Source: Acidobacteriota bacterium (GTDB lineage: Bacteria > Acidobacteriota > UBA4820 > DSQY01). From it: a stretch of 64,000 nt of DNA. Positions within the stretch are counted from its first letter, which is position 1, and every line of letters begins with the position of its first letter. The position numbers and the translations under genes were made by a program. The stretch is taken from contig JBMFSH010000008.1 of assembly GCA_049967655.1 (NCBI GenBank), forward strand, positions 39,268 to 103,267, written 5' to 3'. The notes beneath the pieces were generated by a model. The model was given only the letters and a program-made list of their open reading frames with translations. It had not been told where the DNA came from and did no database searches. Shown piece by piece: positions 29,244 through 38,822 of this stretch.

Positions 29244-30455
29244 TCAGAACCCCTCATCCAGGAGCCCCTTCACCGCCTCCGCCAGCTTTTCGTAGTGGGC
29301 CGGCTCGTTGTAGAGCTGGGCCGAGAGCCGCAGGACCCTGCGGGGAAAGGCGGGCCAGTAGATGACGGGCACCTCCATGCGGTGCCTCTCCCACAGGGCG
29401 ACCTGGAGCGGGTCCAGAAAGAGGGGCGGCTGGGGCTTCGGCCCTGGCGCGTCGGGCAGGGGGACGGCGGCCATGGAGCCCACCATGGACTCGGGGCACG
29501 GTTCGGCGATGCGTAGGGCGTCACAGAGGAGCCGCCGGCCCCGGAGGGCCAGGGCCCGGTTCCTGGCCATCACCTCGGGCCAACCCCCCGGAAGCAGGGA
29601 GCCGAGAAAGCGGATGGCTTCAGCCACGCAGAGGTAGGGCGTGGGATCGTGGGTGCCCGTCCAGCCGAACTCCAGCAGGAAACGCGAGCGGTCGGTGCGG
29701 GGGGAGTTGGCCCCGTGGCTGACGACCAGCGGGCGCACGCCCGGCTGAAGGTCCCGACGCACGTGGAGGAGGGCGGCCCCCTTCGGGGCGCAGAGCCACT
29801 TGTGGCAGTTGCCCGTGTAGTAGGCCGCTCCGAGGGAGGAGAGGGCGAGGGGCAGCATCCCGGGGCCGTGGGCTCCGTCCACGAGCGTCTCCACGCTCCG
29901 CGCCGCCATCTCGCGAACGAGGGCGGCGACGGGCATCACGAGGGCCGTCTGGCTCACCACGTGGTCCACGAGCAGGAGGCGCGTGCGGGGGGTGACCCGG
30001 CGCAGGATCGCCTCCACGGCCGCCTCTGGCGAGGCGCCGGGAAAGGGGAGGGCCGCCACTACCACCCGCGCTCCTGTGCGGCGGGCGGCCTCCTCCAGGG
30101 CGTTGCGGCAGGCGTTGTACTCCTGGTCGGTGACGAGGAGCTCGTCCCCCGGCGAGAGCCGAAGGGAGGCCAGGACGGTGTTGACGCCGGCGGTGGCGTT
30201 CGATACGAAGACCATGTCGTCGGGATCGGCGCCGACGAAGGCGGCGAGGGAGGCCCGAGCCGCGTCCCAGAGGGGCTCCAGCTCGACGCCAAGGAAGCGC
30301 ACCGGCTCCTGCTCCATCCGCTCCCTGAAGCTTTGCTGCAGGGCGAGGACGGGCCTGGGGCAGGCCCCGAAGGAGCCGTGGTTCAGAAAGAGGACGGACG
30401 GATCCAGCCCCCAGTGGGTGTTGACCTCCAAGTCCGCCAGGCTCTCGTCGCTCAT
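29244..30455 (-). CDS. Class V PLP-dependent enzyme (isopenicillin N epimerase/cysteine lyase-like)
   Basis: FLNHGSFGACP, VDGAH, GNCHKWLCAPKG, WTGT, RLSAQLYN. Confidence 0.85.
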   Translation of the reverse strand: MSDESLADLEVNTHWGLDPSVLFLNHGSFGACPRPVLALQQSFRERMEQEPVRFLGVELEPLWDAARASLAAFVGADPDDMVFVSNATAGVNTVLASLRLSPGDELLVTDQEYNACRNALEEAARRTGARVVVAALPFPGASPEAAVEAILRRVTPRTRLLLVDHVVSQTALVMPVAALVREMAARSVETLVDGAHGPGMLPLALSSLGAAYYTGNCHKWLCAPKGAALLHVRRDLQPGVRPLVVSHGANSPRTDRSRFLLEFGWTGTHDPTPYLCVAEAIRFLGSLLPGGWPEVMARNRALALRGRRLLCDALRIAEPCPESMVGSMAAVPLPDAPGPKPQPPLFLDPLQVALWERHRMEVPVIYWPAFPRRVLRLSAQLYNEPAHYEKLAEAVKGLLDEGF

Positions 30456-30552
30456 CGCTTCGCCCTCCGGCCCCGGCAGGGCCTTCTTTTTTTACTATAG
30501 CAAAGGACTAAGCGAGGCGGTTGGGGGCGAATGAGCCCCGGATGTCGAAGGC

Positions 30553-30796
30553 TCACGCCCAGTCCCGGGGCTTCCGGCAGACCTCCAGCAGCCGGGCCTC
30601 CTCGCTGCCGGCTTCGGGCTCGCGGGCATACTCCCATCGCGCTTCGAGGGGCAGGGACATGCGGATGCTCTCGACGCGCCCACCGGTCCTCTCGGAAGGG
30701 AGTTCCGTCCAATCGCTCGATGGCCAGACAGATCTCGTCCTGCGTCCGCCGGACGAGGGACTCCATGTTCCGGCGCATGGCGGGCATGGCCTCCAT
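30553..30796 (-). pseudogene. hemF: Internally deleted oxygen-dependent coproporphyrinogen III oxidase remnant
   Basis: One frame gives the HemF-like N-terminus ([21 protein letters not shown]); another gives the HemF-like C-terminus ([20 protein letters not shown]...KPRDW). The middle is missing. Confidence 0.8.
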
Positions 30797-30991
30797 GGCG
30801 GCCTCCCACCCCTCTTTAGCCCAGTCCGGGCGCCCCGGGCTAGGGGCGGTTGGCCCTTCCGATGGGGCGCGGGCGAGCCCCTTCGCTTGACTTTCGGTCC
30901 CCGGGCTTCGAAAATCGGTTCGTGATGGATGGACAGAAAAGCATGCGCCGGGGCGGTGCGCCGTCCCGGACCCTTATGACGGAGGCGATCC

Positions 30992-31465
30992 ATGAAAGGG
31001 AATGCCAAGCTTCTCAAGGTTCTCAACGAGCTGCTCGCTGAGGAGCTCACCTCGATCAACCAGTACATGGTCCACTCGGAGATGTGCGACAACTGGGGCT
31101 ACGGCAAGCTCCACAAGGCCATCGAAAAGCAGGCCATCGACGAGATGCACCACGCCGAGTGGCTCATCGGCCGCCTGCTCTTCCTGGAGGGCGCTCCCAC
31201 GGTCTCCAAACTCAACCCCATGAAGATCGGGCAGAGCGTGAAGGACATCGTGCTCAACGACTACGGCGCCGAGCTCGACGCGGTGAAGGGCTACAACAAC
31301 GCGATCAAGCTGGCCGTAGAGGTGGGCGACAACGGTACGCGGGACCTGCTCACCAAGATCCTCAAGGACGAGGAGCTCCACGTGGACTGGGCCGAGCAGC
31401 AACGCGACCAGATCGAACAAATGGGGCTTCAGATCTATTTGACCAATCAGACAGAAGGCGCTTGA
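30992..31465 (+). CDS. bfr: Bacterioferritin
   Basis: MKG start, [15 protein letters not shown] ferroxidase ligands and heme Met, DEELH. Confidence 0.93.
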   Translation: MKGNAKLLKVLNELLAEELTSINQYMVHSEMCDNWGYGKLHKAIEKQAIDEMHHAEWLIGRLLFLEGAPTVSKLNPMKIGQSVKDIVLNDYGAELDAVKGYNNAIKLAVEVGDNGTRDLLTKILKDEELHVDWAEQQRDQIEQMGLQIYLTNQTEGA

Positions 31466-31516
31466 ACGAGGACGGTGGACGGCGGCCCTGGTTCACCGCC
31501 CACCGGAGGTCCCTCC

Positions 31517-32503
31517 ATGAAGACGCAGCGAGGTCACACGGGCCGCCAGGAGACCGAGAACCCTCTCAGGATCGGGGTGTCGGCGTGCCTCTTAGGCGAG
31601 GAGGTCCGCTTCGACGGCGGCCACAAGCGCGATGTCTTCGTGACGGAGACCCTCGCCCCTTTCGTGACCTACGTTCCCGCCTGCCCCGAGGTGGAGATCG
31701 GCCTGGGTATCCCGAGGGAGACCCTCCGGCTCGTCCGGAGCGATGAGGGGCTGCGACTGATCATGCCCAGAAGTGGGCGGGACCTGACCGAGGCCATGCG
31801 CCGCTACGCCGCCGCCAAGGCCGACGAGATCGCCGGCATGGATCTCTCCGGCTACATCCTCAAGAAGGACAGCCCCAGCTGCGGTATGGAGCGCGTGCGG
31901 GCCTACGACCGGAACGGCGTCCCCACCAAGTCTGCCCGGGGGCTCTTCGCCGAGGCGCTCCTTACGGCCAACTCGCTGCTGCCCGTGGAGGAGGAGGGGC
32001 GGCTGCGCGACCCCTGGCTGCGCGAGAACTTCATCGAGCGGGTCTTTGCCTACAGGCGGCTGAAGGATTTCTTCGCCGGCCCCTTCACCCTGGGCGACCT
32101 GGTGGCCTTTCACTCCCGTGAGAAGCTGCTCCTGATGGCCCACGAGCCGGTGGCCTACGAGGAGCTGGGGCGGCTCGTGGCCCACGCCAAGGGGCTGACA
32201 CGGGAGGAGCTCGGCCCAAGCTACCAGGCGCGATTCATGGCGGGGATGGCCCAGATCGCCACCACGCGCAAGCAGACCAACGTCCTCCAGCACATGCAGG
32301 GGTATTTCAAGAGGGTGCTCGATGCCGCGGAAAAGGCCGAGCTTTTGGCACTGATCCAGGATTACAGAGCGGGCCTAGTCCCGCTGGTCGTGCCCCTCAC
32401 GCTGATCAGGCACTACGTGAGGATGCACGGAGTCGAGTACCTGCAGGGACAGACCTACCTGGAACCCCACCCCAAAGAGCTCATGCTGCGCAACCACGTG
32501 TGA
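31517..32503 (+). CDS. DUF523/DUF1722 (YbgA-like) protein
   Basis: IGVSACLLGEEVRFDGGHK, CPEVEIG, KDSPSCG, EEEGRL, QTYLEPHP. Confidence 0.85.
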   Translation: MKTQRGHTGRQETENPLRIGVSACLLGEEVRFDGGHKRDVFVTETLAPFVTYVPACPEVEIGLGIPRETLRLVRSDEGLRLIMPRSGRDLTEAMRRYAAAKADEIAGMDLSGYILKKDSPSCGMERVRAYDRNGVPTKSARGLFAEALLTANSLLPVEEEGRLRDPWLRENFIERVFAYRRLKDFFAGPFTLGDLVAFHSREKLLLMAHEPVAYEELGRLVAHAKGLTREELGPSYQARFMAGMAQIATTRKQTNVLQHMQGYFKRVLDAAEKAELLALIQDYRAGLVPLVVPLTLIRHYVRMHGVEYLQGQTYLEPHPKELMLRNHV

Positions 32504-32506
32504 GGC

Positions 32507-33526
32507 TCAGGGTGCCTCTCCGGCCAGTTTTCGAAGGGCCTCCACCTGCTCGCGGGTCCCGATGACGACCAGCACGTCCTCCGGCTGGACGGTCCGATCG
32601 GCCGGCGGGTTGAACTCGTAGCCCTTTCCCCCCCGGCGAAGGGCCACCACGAGGGCGCCCGTGCGCCGCGCCACGTCCGCCTCCCGAAGGCTCCGGCCAT
32701 CCAGGTGGGAGCCTCGGCGGCAGCGGGCCTCCTCCACCCTTAGGACCGATTCGCGGTCGCTGCGCATCTCGTCCAGGAAGGTCACCACAGCCGGCCGGAT
32801 CATCTCCGAGGCCATCCTCAACCCGCCGATGGAGGAGGTGCATATGACGGCGTCCGCGCCGGCCCGCACGAGCTTGGGGCGGGTCTCCTCGTCGTCCGCC
32901 CGGGCCACGATGCGAAGCTGGGGGTTCAGGCCCCGCGCCGAGAGCACCACGAAGAGGTTGTCCTTGTCCGTGCCGAGAGCCGCAAAGAGCCCCTTGGCCC
33001 GCAGGATTCCGGCCTCCAGCAGCACCTCGTCGCTCGTGGGGTCCCCCTCCAGCATCAGCACCGTGGAACTGCCCTTGAATCGGTCCGCCAGGTGCGCGAG
33101 ATTCTTCTCCACCAGGACGAGGGACCGCCCCGTGGCCTCCAGCTCTTCCAGGATGTACTCTCCCACCCGGCCCGCGCCGCACACGATGTAGTGTCCGGCC
33201 AGCTTCTCGATTTGCTTGCTCATCTTCGTTCTCCAGAGCAGGTCCCGAAGTTCTCCCTCTACCACGAAGGCCGTGAGCGTGGACACTCCGTAGAGCAGCG
33301 TCCCCATGCCGCCCAGGATCAGGGCCACCGTGAACCAGCGGCCCGTAGCGCCCAGGGGGTGGACCTCGCCGTACCCCACCGTGGCGAGGGTGATGACCGT
33401 CATGAAGGAGGCATCCTGGAAACTCCATCCCTCCAGGACCATATAGCCGACCACGCCGACGGCGTAGACCAGGACCAAAAGGGCCAGCGCCAAGGCCAGC
33501 TTCTTCAGCGCCGCGTTTTTCCACAT
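32507..33526 (-). CDS. Potassium channel with TrkA-N/TrkA-C (RCK) domains
   Basis: Selectivity filter TVGYGE between two TM helices; CGAGRVG Rossmann motif; C-terminal RCK_C. Confidence 0.9.
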   Translation of the reverse strand: MWKNAALKKLALALALLVLVYAVGVVGYMVLEGWSFQDASFMTVITLATVGYGEVHPLGATGRWFTVALILGGMGTLLYGVSTLTAFVVEGELRDLLWRTKMSKQIEKLAGHYIVCGAGRVGEYILEELEATGRSLVLVEKNLAHLADRFKGSSTVLMLEGDPTSDEVLLEAGILRAKGLFAALGTDKDNLFVVLSARGLNPQLRIVARADDEETRPKLVRAGADAVICTSSIGGLRMASEMIRPAVVTFLDEMRSDRESVLRVEEARCRRGSHLDGRSLREADVARRTGALVVALRRGGKGYEFNPPADRTVQPEDVLVVIGTREQVEALRKLAGEAP

Positions 33527-33708
33527 TCCCGTGCTCCCCGTTCGGACGATTGTACCCAAGAGCCGCCGGAAGTGAAAACATCGGGACCATAAAACCGCGA
33601 AATGGAAGGAGGCTCCCGCCCCTCCCCCTTCCCTTGTCCCCTGTCCCCCGCGTTGGACCTCCTTCTCCTCCGGACGTACACTGCACGCCTCGGGCACGGA
33701 GGGTTGAG

Positions 33709-34599
33709 GTGAGCGGACGATTGTTCCACGGCGCCATGGTTTGGGGGATCACCGCCCTCCTCTGCGCGAGCGCTCTTGCGGCCGCCTCGGGACCCGCGGG
33801 CGCGGCGGGCCGGGCGGCGGCTGATCGGAAACTCCTCTTCGTCCACAACGGGAGCGTGCGGCTCTGCGTGGAGGTGGGCGGGAAGGGCTCACCGCCGGTG
33901 ATTCTCGTGCACGGGCTGGCGGGCGATCTCACCATGTGGGACGCCCAACTGCGCCACCTTTGGAAGAGCCACCGCGCCGCCGCGCTGGACCTCAGGGGGC
34001 ACGGCCGCTCGGGGCAACCCTCCGACGGCGACTACTCCATACCGGCCATGGCCTCCGACGTGCTGGCGGTCGCCGACGCCCTCGGCATGAAGCGTTTTGT
34101 GCTCGTCGGCCACTCCCTGGGCGGGTCGGTCATCCTGGCGTGCGCGCAGGAGGCCCCCGAGCGGGTGGCCGGGCTGCTCTTCGTGGACCCGGCCGGCGAC
34201 GTGGCGCGCCTGCCCAAGGAGCGACTCGCCGCCATGCTGGAGCGCATGAAGGCTCCGACCTACCTCTCCTTCATGCGCGGATGGTTCGGCGCCAACCTGA
34301 CGGAGGCCAGAGGGTCCACGCGCCGGAAGGTCTTCGCGGATCTGGATCGCACGCCGCCCGAGGTGGTGGCGGCCTCCTACGCCGGCCTCGCCCAATTCGA
34401 TCCGCTGCCGGCCCTGCGGGCCTACCGGGGCCCCATGCTCACGGTGATCCTGCCGGGCAGCGATCGCCCTTCGAGCTTCCAGAACCTCGTCCCCGACCTG
34501 CCGGCGGTCAGGCTGCGCGGCCTGAGCCACTGGCTCATGATGGACGACCCCAAGGGCTTCGACCGGATCATGGATGACTTCTTGGCCCGAATCGGGTGA
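33709..34599 (+). CDS. Exported alpha/beta-fold hydrolase
   Basis: Signal-like N-terminus; VHG, DLRGHGRS, GHSLGG nucleophile elbow, SHW. Start is uncertain. Confidence 0.8.
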   Translation: MSGRLFHGAMVWGITALLCASALAAASGPAGAAGRAAADRKLLFVHNGSVRLCVEVGGKGSPPVILVHGLAGDLTMWDAQLRHLWKSHRAAALDLRGHGRSGQPSDGDYSIPAMASDVLAVADALGMKRFVLVGHSLGGSVILACAQEAPERVAGLLFVDPAGDVARLPKERLAAMLERMKAPTYLSFMRGWFGANLTEARGSTRRKVFADLDRTPPEVVAASYAGLAQFDPLPALRAYRGPMLTVILPGSDRPSSFQNLVPDLPAVRLRGLSHWLMMDDPKGFDRIMDDFLARIG

Positions 34600-34641
34600 C
34601 CGGCGCCGTCCGTCGCGCGGCTCCCGAGGGACGCCAAATGG

Positions 34642-35988
34642 TCAGCGCCGCGACCGCCGCGGGGCGGCCTTGGCCCTGGGCCGCCTATGGTGATGGTAGG
34701 CGATGGGCCGCTTCGGGGATCTCCGGACCACCCTGCGTCTGGGCCGGTGGTACCGGCGCCTGGGTGCCGGTCGGCTGAGGATCTCCTTCGCCTCGTGGGG
34801 CGTGGGGTCCACCAGCACCGACTCGCCTCCCTCGGCGCGGAACTGGTCCAGGTACGGCATGGTCAGGGCCGGGGGCTTGGGAAAGGTGGGCCAGGCGGCC
34901 TGCTTCGGAGGGTCGGTGGCGGCCCCTGGCTCTTCGAGGGACACCTCGGGAGTCCATCCCGGATACTTGAAGTGAAAGTCCAGAAAGGCGATGGTGCGGC
35001 TCCAGGCATCCTCGCTGGCGAGGGCATCCCAGCCACCCAGCGTGTGAAGCGTGAAGCCGTGCCCGATCTTGGGGTAGATCACCACGTCCACCGGTTTGGC
35101 CGCCAGCCGGAGCTGCTCGAAGGCCTCCAGGGACCGCCGCACGGACACCGTGTGGTCGTAAGTGCCGTGGAGCAGGAGGGTGGGCGGCATGTGTTCCTCG
35201 GCCTCCGGCATGAATCCCGGTGAAATGCCTCCGTAGAAGGCCACCACCGCCTTGACCCTCGGATCGGTGGGGGCGTAGTTCAGCGCCAGAAAAGCCCCGA
35301 GGGAGTACCCGACCAGCCCCATGCGCGACTCGTCCACGTCCGGCAGGGTGGAGGCCAGCGTGAGCGCGTCGCCGATGGTACGCATCCAATCGGCGCGGGT
35401 TCCCCGGCTGTGGTTCCTCCGTCCCCTATCGTAATATTTGACGAAGAGGCAGACGTATCCGTTGCGAGCCAGATCCTCGGCCATCTCCACGTAGTGCTCC
35501 TCGCCCAGCCTCGGGTTGCTCCCGTGGAGAAGGATCACCGCGGGGTAGCGCCCGGGCACCTTGGGCCGGTAGATCTGCACCAGCACCGAGTCGTGACCCG
35601 ACCGGAACCGTTCGCGCGTCTCCTGGACTGGCGAGGAGTCTTGGCCCTGGCCCTCTCGAGGCGCCTCCGCCAGGTCCGTAATGACCACCGGAGCGCTGGA
35701 GGGCTGCCTCACGGGGAGGTCCGTTATGCCGTGGAGCGGGGGCGGCGGAGGCAGGGTGGGGGCGTTGCGGGAGAACCGGTCCTTCCTCTCGGGGAGGCCG
35801 GGCGGAGGGGGCTGAACCGGCGCGCAACCGGCCGCGGAAGGGTCGCTGCCCTGCGCTTCCTTCGGGCACTCGGGGCCGACTACCGGAGCGGATTGAGGGG
35901 GGGGAGGCTGGGCCGCCGGGCAAGACGGCGCCGCCAAGGCGGCGGCGGTGAGGAACAACAGTGACCAGGGAATCCAGAGTCTCTTCAC
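34642..35988 (-). CDS. Exported dienelactone-hydrolase-like alpha/beta hydrolase with Pro-rich linker and Arg-rich tail
   Basis: Signal peptide; GYSLG, LLHGTYD, GHGF catalytic triad. Confidence 0.75.
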   Translation of the reverse strand: MKRLWIPWSLLFLTAAALAAPSCPAAQPPPPQSAPVVGPECPKEAQGSDPSAAGCAPVQPPPPGLPERKDRFSRNAPTLPPPPPLHGITDLPVRQPSSAPVVITDLAEAPREGQGQDSSPVQETRERFRSGHDSVLVQIYRPKVPGRYPAVILLHGSNPRLGEEHYVEMAEDLARNGYVCLFVKYYDRGRRNHSRGTRADWMRTIGDALTLASTLPDVDESRMGLVGYSLGAFLALNYAPTDPRVKAVVAFYGGISPGFMPEAEEHMPPTLLLHGTYDHTVSVRRSLEAFEQLRLAAKPVDVVIYPKIGHGFTLHTLGGWDALASEDAWSRTIAFLDFHFKYPGWTPEVSLEEPGAATDPPKQAAWPTFPKPPALTMPYLDQFRAEGGESVLVDPTPHEAKEILSRPAPRRRYHRPRRRVVRRSPKRPIAYHHHRRPRAKAAPRRSRR

Positions 35989-36081
35989 TCCACGTTCCTC
36001 CGCCGCGGGCCCGCGTCGGTGGACCCAGCCTCGTTTTTAGCCTGCCGGTGCACGGAAGTCAAGGCGGATACGGCCTTTCCA

Positions 36082-36110
36082 TTGACAACAAAGGACATCC
36101 CGGATAGAAT
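36082..36110 (+). promoter_or_regulatory. Near-consensus sigma70 promoter upstream of the APC permease
   Basis: TTGACA-17 bp-TAGAAT. Confidence 0.7.
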
Positions 36111-36152
36111 GCGCTCTCTGGTGGAGGCAAAGGCGCGTCGCGCCGCCAAGGG

Positions 36153-37463
36153 ATGGGATCGAACCGGGCTGAGCCACCGCAGGGGGTCTCCGCACTCGTT
36201 GCTTCCTTCATCGTCATCGCCAACATGGTGGGCACGGGGGTCTTCACGAGCCTGGGCTTCCAGGTGAGCGCCCTCCCGTCGCCCCTGGCCATCATGGCGC
36301 TGTGGGTGGTGGGGGGCCTCGGGGCCCTGGCAGGGGCCCTCTGCTATGGAGAGATCGGCGCCATGATGCCCCGCTCCGGGGGCGAATATCACTACCTCTC
36401 CCGGATCTACCACCCGGCCGTCGGCTTTCTCGCCGGATGGGTCTCTCTTACGGTGGGATTCGCCGCCCCCGTGGCCCTGGCCGCCATGGCCATGGCCGCC
36501 TACACTTCGAGGATTGTGGCGCTGCCCCACCCCACGCTCGTGGCCGCGGCCGTGGTCGTGCTGATCTCCGTGGTCCACAGCGCCGGCCTGAAGGCGGGCG
36601 GCCGGTTCCAGTCCCTGTTCACGACCGCCAAGATCCTTCTCATCCTGGTCTTCTCGGTCCTTGGGTTCGTGCTGGGCCATCCGCAGGCGCTTCAGTGGGC
36701 GCCCACGGCGGCGAGTCTGGGGCTCATGGCGAGCGGGAGCTTCGCCGTCTCCCTCGTGTTCGTCTCCTACGCCTACTCCGGCTGGAACGCCTCGGCCTAC
36801 ATCGCGGGCGAGATGGCGCACCCGGAGCGGGATCTGCCGCGCTCCCTGCTCCTCGGCACGGCGGTGGTCATGGGGCTCTACCTGCTCCTCAACGTCGTGT
36901 TCCTTCGCGCTGCCCCCATGAACGAGCTCTCGGGCCAGATCGACGTGGGCAACATCGCCGCCCGGCACCTTCTCGGTCCCACGGGAGCCAGCCTCATGGG
37001 CGGCCTCATCGCGCTCGGACTGGTCTCCACCATCAGCGCCATGACCTGGGCGGGCCCGCGGGTGGCCCAGGTGATCGGCGAAGACGTGCCGATCCTGCAC
37101 CCGCTGGCGAAGAGAAACGGCAAGGGAGCGCCCTACCTCGCCATTCTCTTCCAGCTCATCCTGGTGCTGGCCATGCTGGCCACCTCCTCCTTCGAGAAGA
37201 TTTTGACCTACCTGGGCTTCACGCTCGCCCTCTGCACCGTCCTAACGGTGTTCGGGGTCTTCGTGTTGAGGGTCAGGAGCCCGGAAGCGCCGAGGCCCTA
37301 CCGGACCTGGGGATACCCCGTCACCCCCCTGGTTTTTCTGGCTATCAACGGCTGGATGCTGGTGTACCTTCTCCTTCATCAACCGCTCCAATCCCTGGCG
37401 GGGCTTGGCACCATTCTGGCCGGACTGCCCCTCTACTTTCTGGCCGGCAAGAAGAAAGGATGA
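36153..37463 (+). CDS. APC family amino acid permease
   Basis: ANMVGTGVF, GGEY, YAYSGWN, RPYRTWGYP; about 12 TM segments. Confidence 0.9.
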   Translation: MGSNRAEPPQGVSALVASFIVIANMVGTGVFTSLGFQVSALPSPLAIMALWVVGGLGALAGALCYGEIGAMMPRSGGEYHYLSRIYHPAVGFLAGWVSLTVGFAAPVALAAMAMAAYTSRIVALPHPTLVAAAVVVLISVVHSAGLKAGGRFQSLFTTAKILLILVFSVLGFVLGHPQALQWAPTAASLGLMASGSFAVSLVFVSYAYSGWNASAYIAGEMAHPERDLPRSLLLGTAVVMGLYLLLNVVFLRAAPMNELSGQIDVGNIAARHLLGPTGASLMGGLIALGLVSTISAMTWAGPRVAQVIGEDVPILHPLAKRNGKGAPYLAILFQLILVLAMLATSSFEKILTYLGFTLALCTVLTVFGVFVLRVRSPEAPRPYRTWGYPVTPLVFLAINGWMLVYLLLHQPLQSLAGLGTILAGLPLYFLAGKKKG

Positions 37464-37474
37464 TAAGGGTTCCC

Positions 37475-38689
37475 ATGAAAAGATCCGTACGCAGCGTCGT
37501 TCTTCTCCTCATGGTGGCCGCTCTCGCGCTCTCCTGCGGTCGCCACCATGCCTCGGCACCCACCCAACGTTCCCCCCGGACACGGGGCCCCGCTCCCGCG
37601 GCCACATCCGAGACCGCCGTTCCGGCGATCCCGTCTCAGCCTCCCTCCGAAAGCCACGCCGATGAGCTGACGGCCAACGCCCGCCTTCTGGCGGGGTTGC
37701 CCGTTGAGGGTCAAGGGCCGTGGGCGGCCATTCAGGAGCGACCCTCCTGGCAGGCCCATGCCAAGGCCATGGGCGCGCTCTGGAGGCAGGACGATGCGGC
37801 GCGCCTGTCGAAGGTCCGCGCTTTCGCCCAGGCCCGCCTGTCCAGTCTGAACGACGCTGCTCCGACGGTCTTCTACCCCTTCGGCGGCCCCGATGCTCTC
37901 TACCCCACCGCCCTCTTCCCCAAGGCCACCACCTACGTGCTGGTGGGGCTGGAGCCCGTGGGAAGGCCGCCCGATCTCGCCTCGCTATCGGGCCCCGAGT
38001 TGGAGGCGAGCCTGAAGGCCATGCAGCAGTACATCACGCCCATCCTCCAGATTAGCTTCTTCCGCACCGACGACATGGCGCAGGAGCTTCAGAACAAGGG
38101 GGTCCTGCCGATCCTCCTGGTCTTTCTGGCCGGGACGGGGCACCGGATATGGGACGTGGAGCCCTTGGCCGTCGGCCCCGACGGCGCCCTCGCCCCCTCC
38201 TCCTGGGAGGAGAAGCCCAGGGCCGTGCGCGTTGACTTTTCCGCCGGAGACGCTCACGAACGCCAGACCCTGCTCTACTTCTCGCAGGACCTCTCGAACG
38301 CCGGGCTGAAAAAGCGTCCGGGGTTCGAGGCCTACCTGGCGACCCTGGGCCGCCCCGTCACCTTCCTGAAGGCCGCCTCTTACCTCATGTACGAGCCCTG
38401 GTTCTCTCGCATTCGCACGGCGATCCTGGACCGCTCCTCCGCCGTTCTCGAGGACGACTCGGGCCTCCCTCTCAAAGCTTTCCCCGCTAAGGAGTGGAGC
38501 CTGACTCTCTTCGGCACCTACTCGGGACCGATCCACCGCTTCAAGAACTGCCTCCAGGCGGACCTCAAGGAGGCTTACGCGAAGGGTTCCGCCCTTCCCC
38601 TGCCCTTCGGCATCGGCTACCAGCACGTCGCCGGCCACTCCAACCTCATGCTGGCCGTCCGCAAGCGCTGGAGCGCCGAAGGGCCGTGA
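37475..38689 (+). CDS. Lipoprotein of unknown function
   Basis: Lipobox LALSC after a hydrophobic stretch; globular domain (FYPFGGPD, LKAASYLM, DDSG). Alternative start at 37460 overlaps the permease stop. Confidence 0.7.
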   Translation: MKRSVRSVVLLLMVAALALSCGRHHASAPTQRSPRTRGPAPAATSETAVPAIPSQPPSESHADELTANARLLAGLPVEGQGPWAAIQERPSWQAHAKAMGALWRQDDAARLSKVRAFAQARLSSLNDAAPTVFYPFGGPDALYPTALFPKATTYVLVGLEPVGRPPDLASLSGPELEASLKAMQQYITPILQISFFRTDDMAQELQNKGVLPILLVFLAGTGHRIWDVEPLAVGPDGALAPSSWEEKPRAVRVDFSAGDAHERQTLLYFSQDLSNAGLKKRPGFEAYLATLGRPVTFLKAASYLMYEPWFSRIRTAILDRSSAVLEDDSGLPLKAFPAKEWSLTLFGTYSGPIHRFKNCLQADLKEAYAKGSALPLPFGIGYQHVAGHSNLMLAVRKRWSAEGP

Positions 38690-38766
38690 CGAGGTGGTGG
38701 GGTGATGTCGAAACGGGCGGCGGTCCGTGCCCCCCCCTGTCCCTTGTCCCCTCTTCCCCGTCCCCC
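38688..38766 (-). repeat. Dispersed intergenic element (7-mer and 8-mer units), copy A
   Basis: Reverse complement shares an exact 17-mer and a 30/40 ungapped match with 55185-55270. Confidence 0.6.
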
Positions 38767-38822
38767 GCGCTTGCCCCTGGGCCGCCTCCCCTGCTATCCT
38801 CGTGCACTCGCAGGAGGGTCCT

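Noticed and set aside
26292..30455. Ergothioneine pathway (EgtC-like plus EgtE-like genes)
   Set aside because: No egtB or egtD nearby; the Ntn gene is embedded in the lys operon and the PLP enzyme is on the opposite strand.
36302..38689. 795-aa ORF as a single protein
   Set aside because: The first half overlaps the APC permease out of frame; only the part from 37460/37475 looks like a real lipoprotein.
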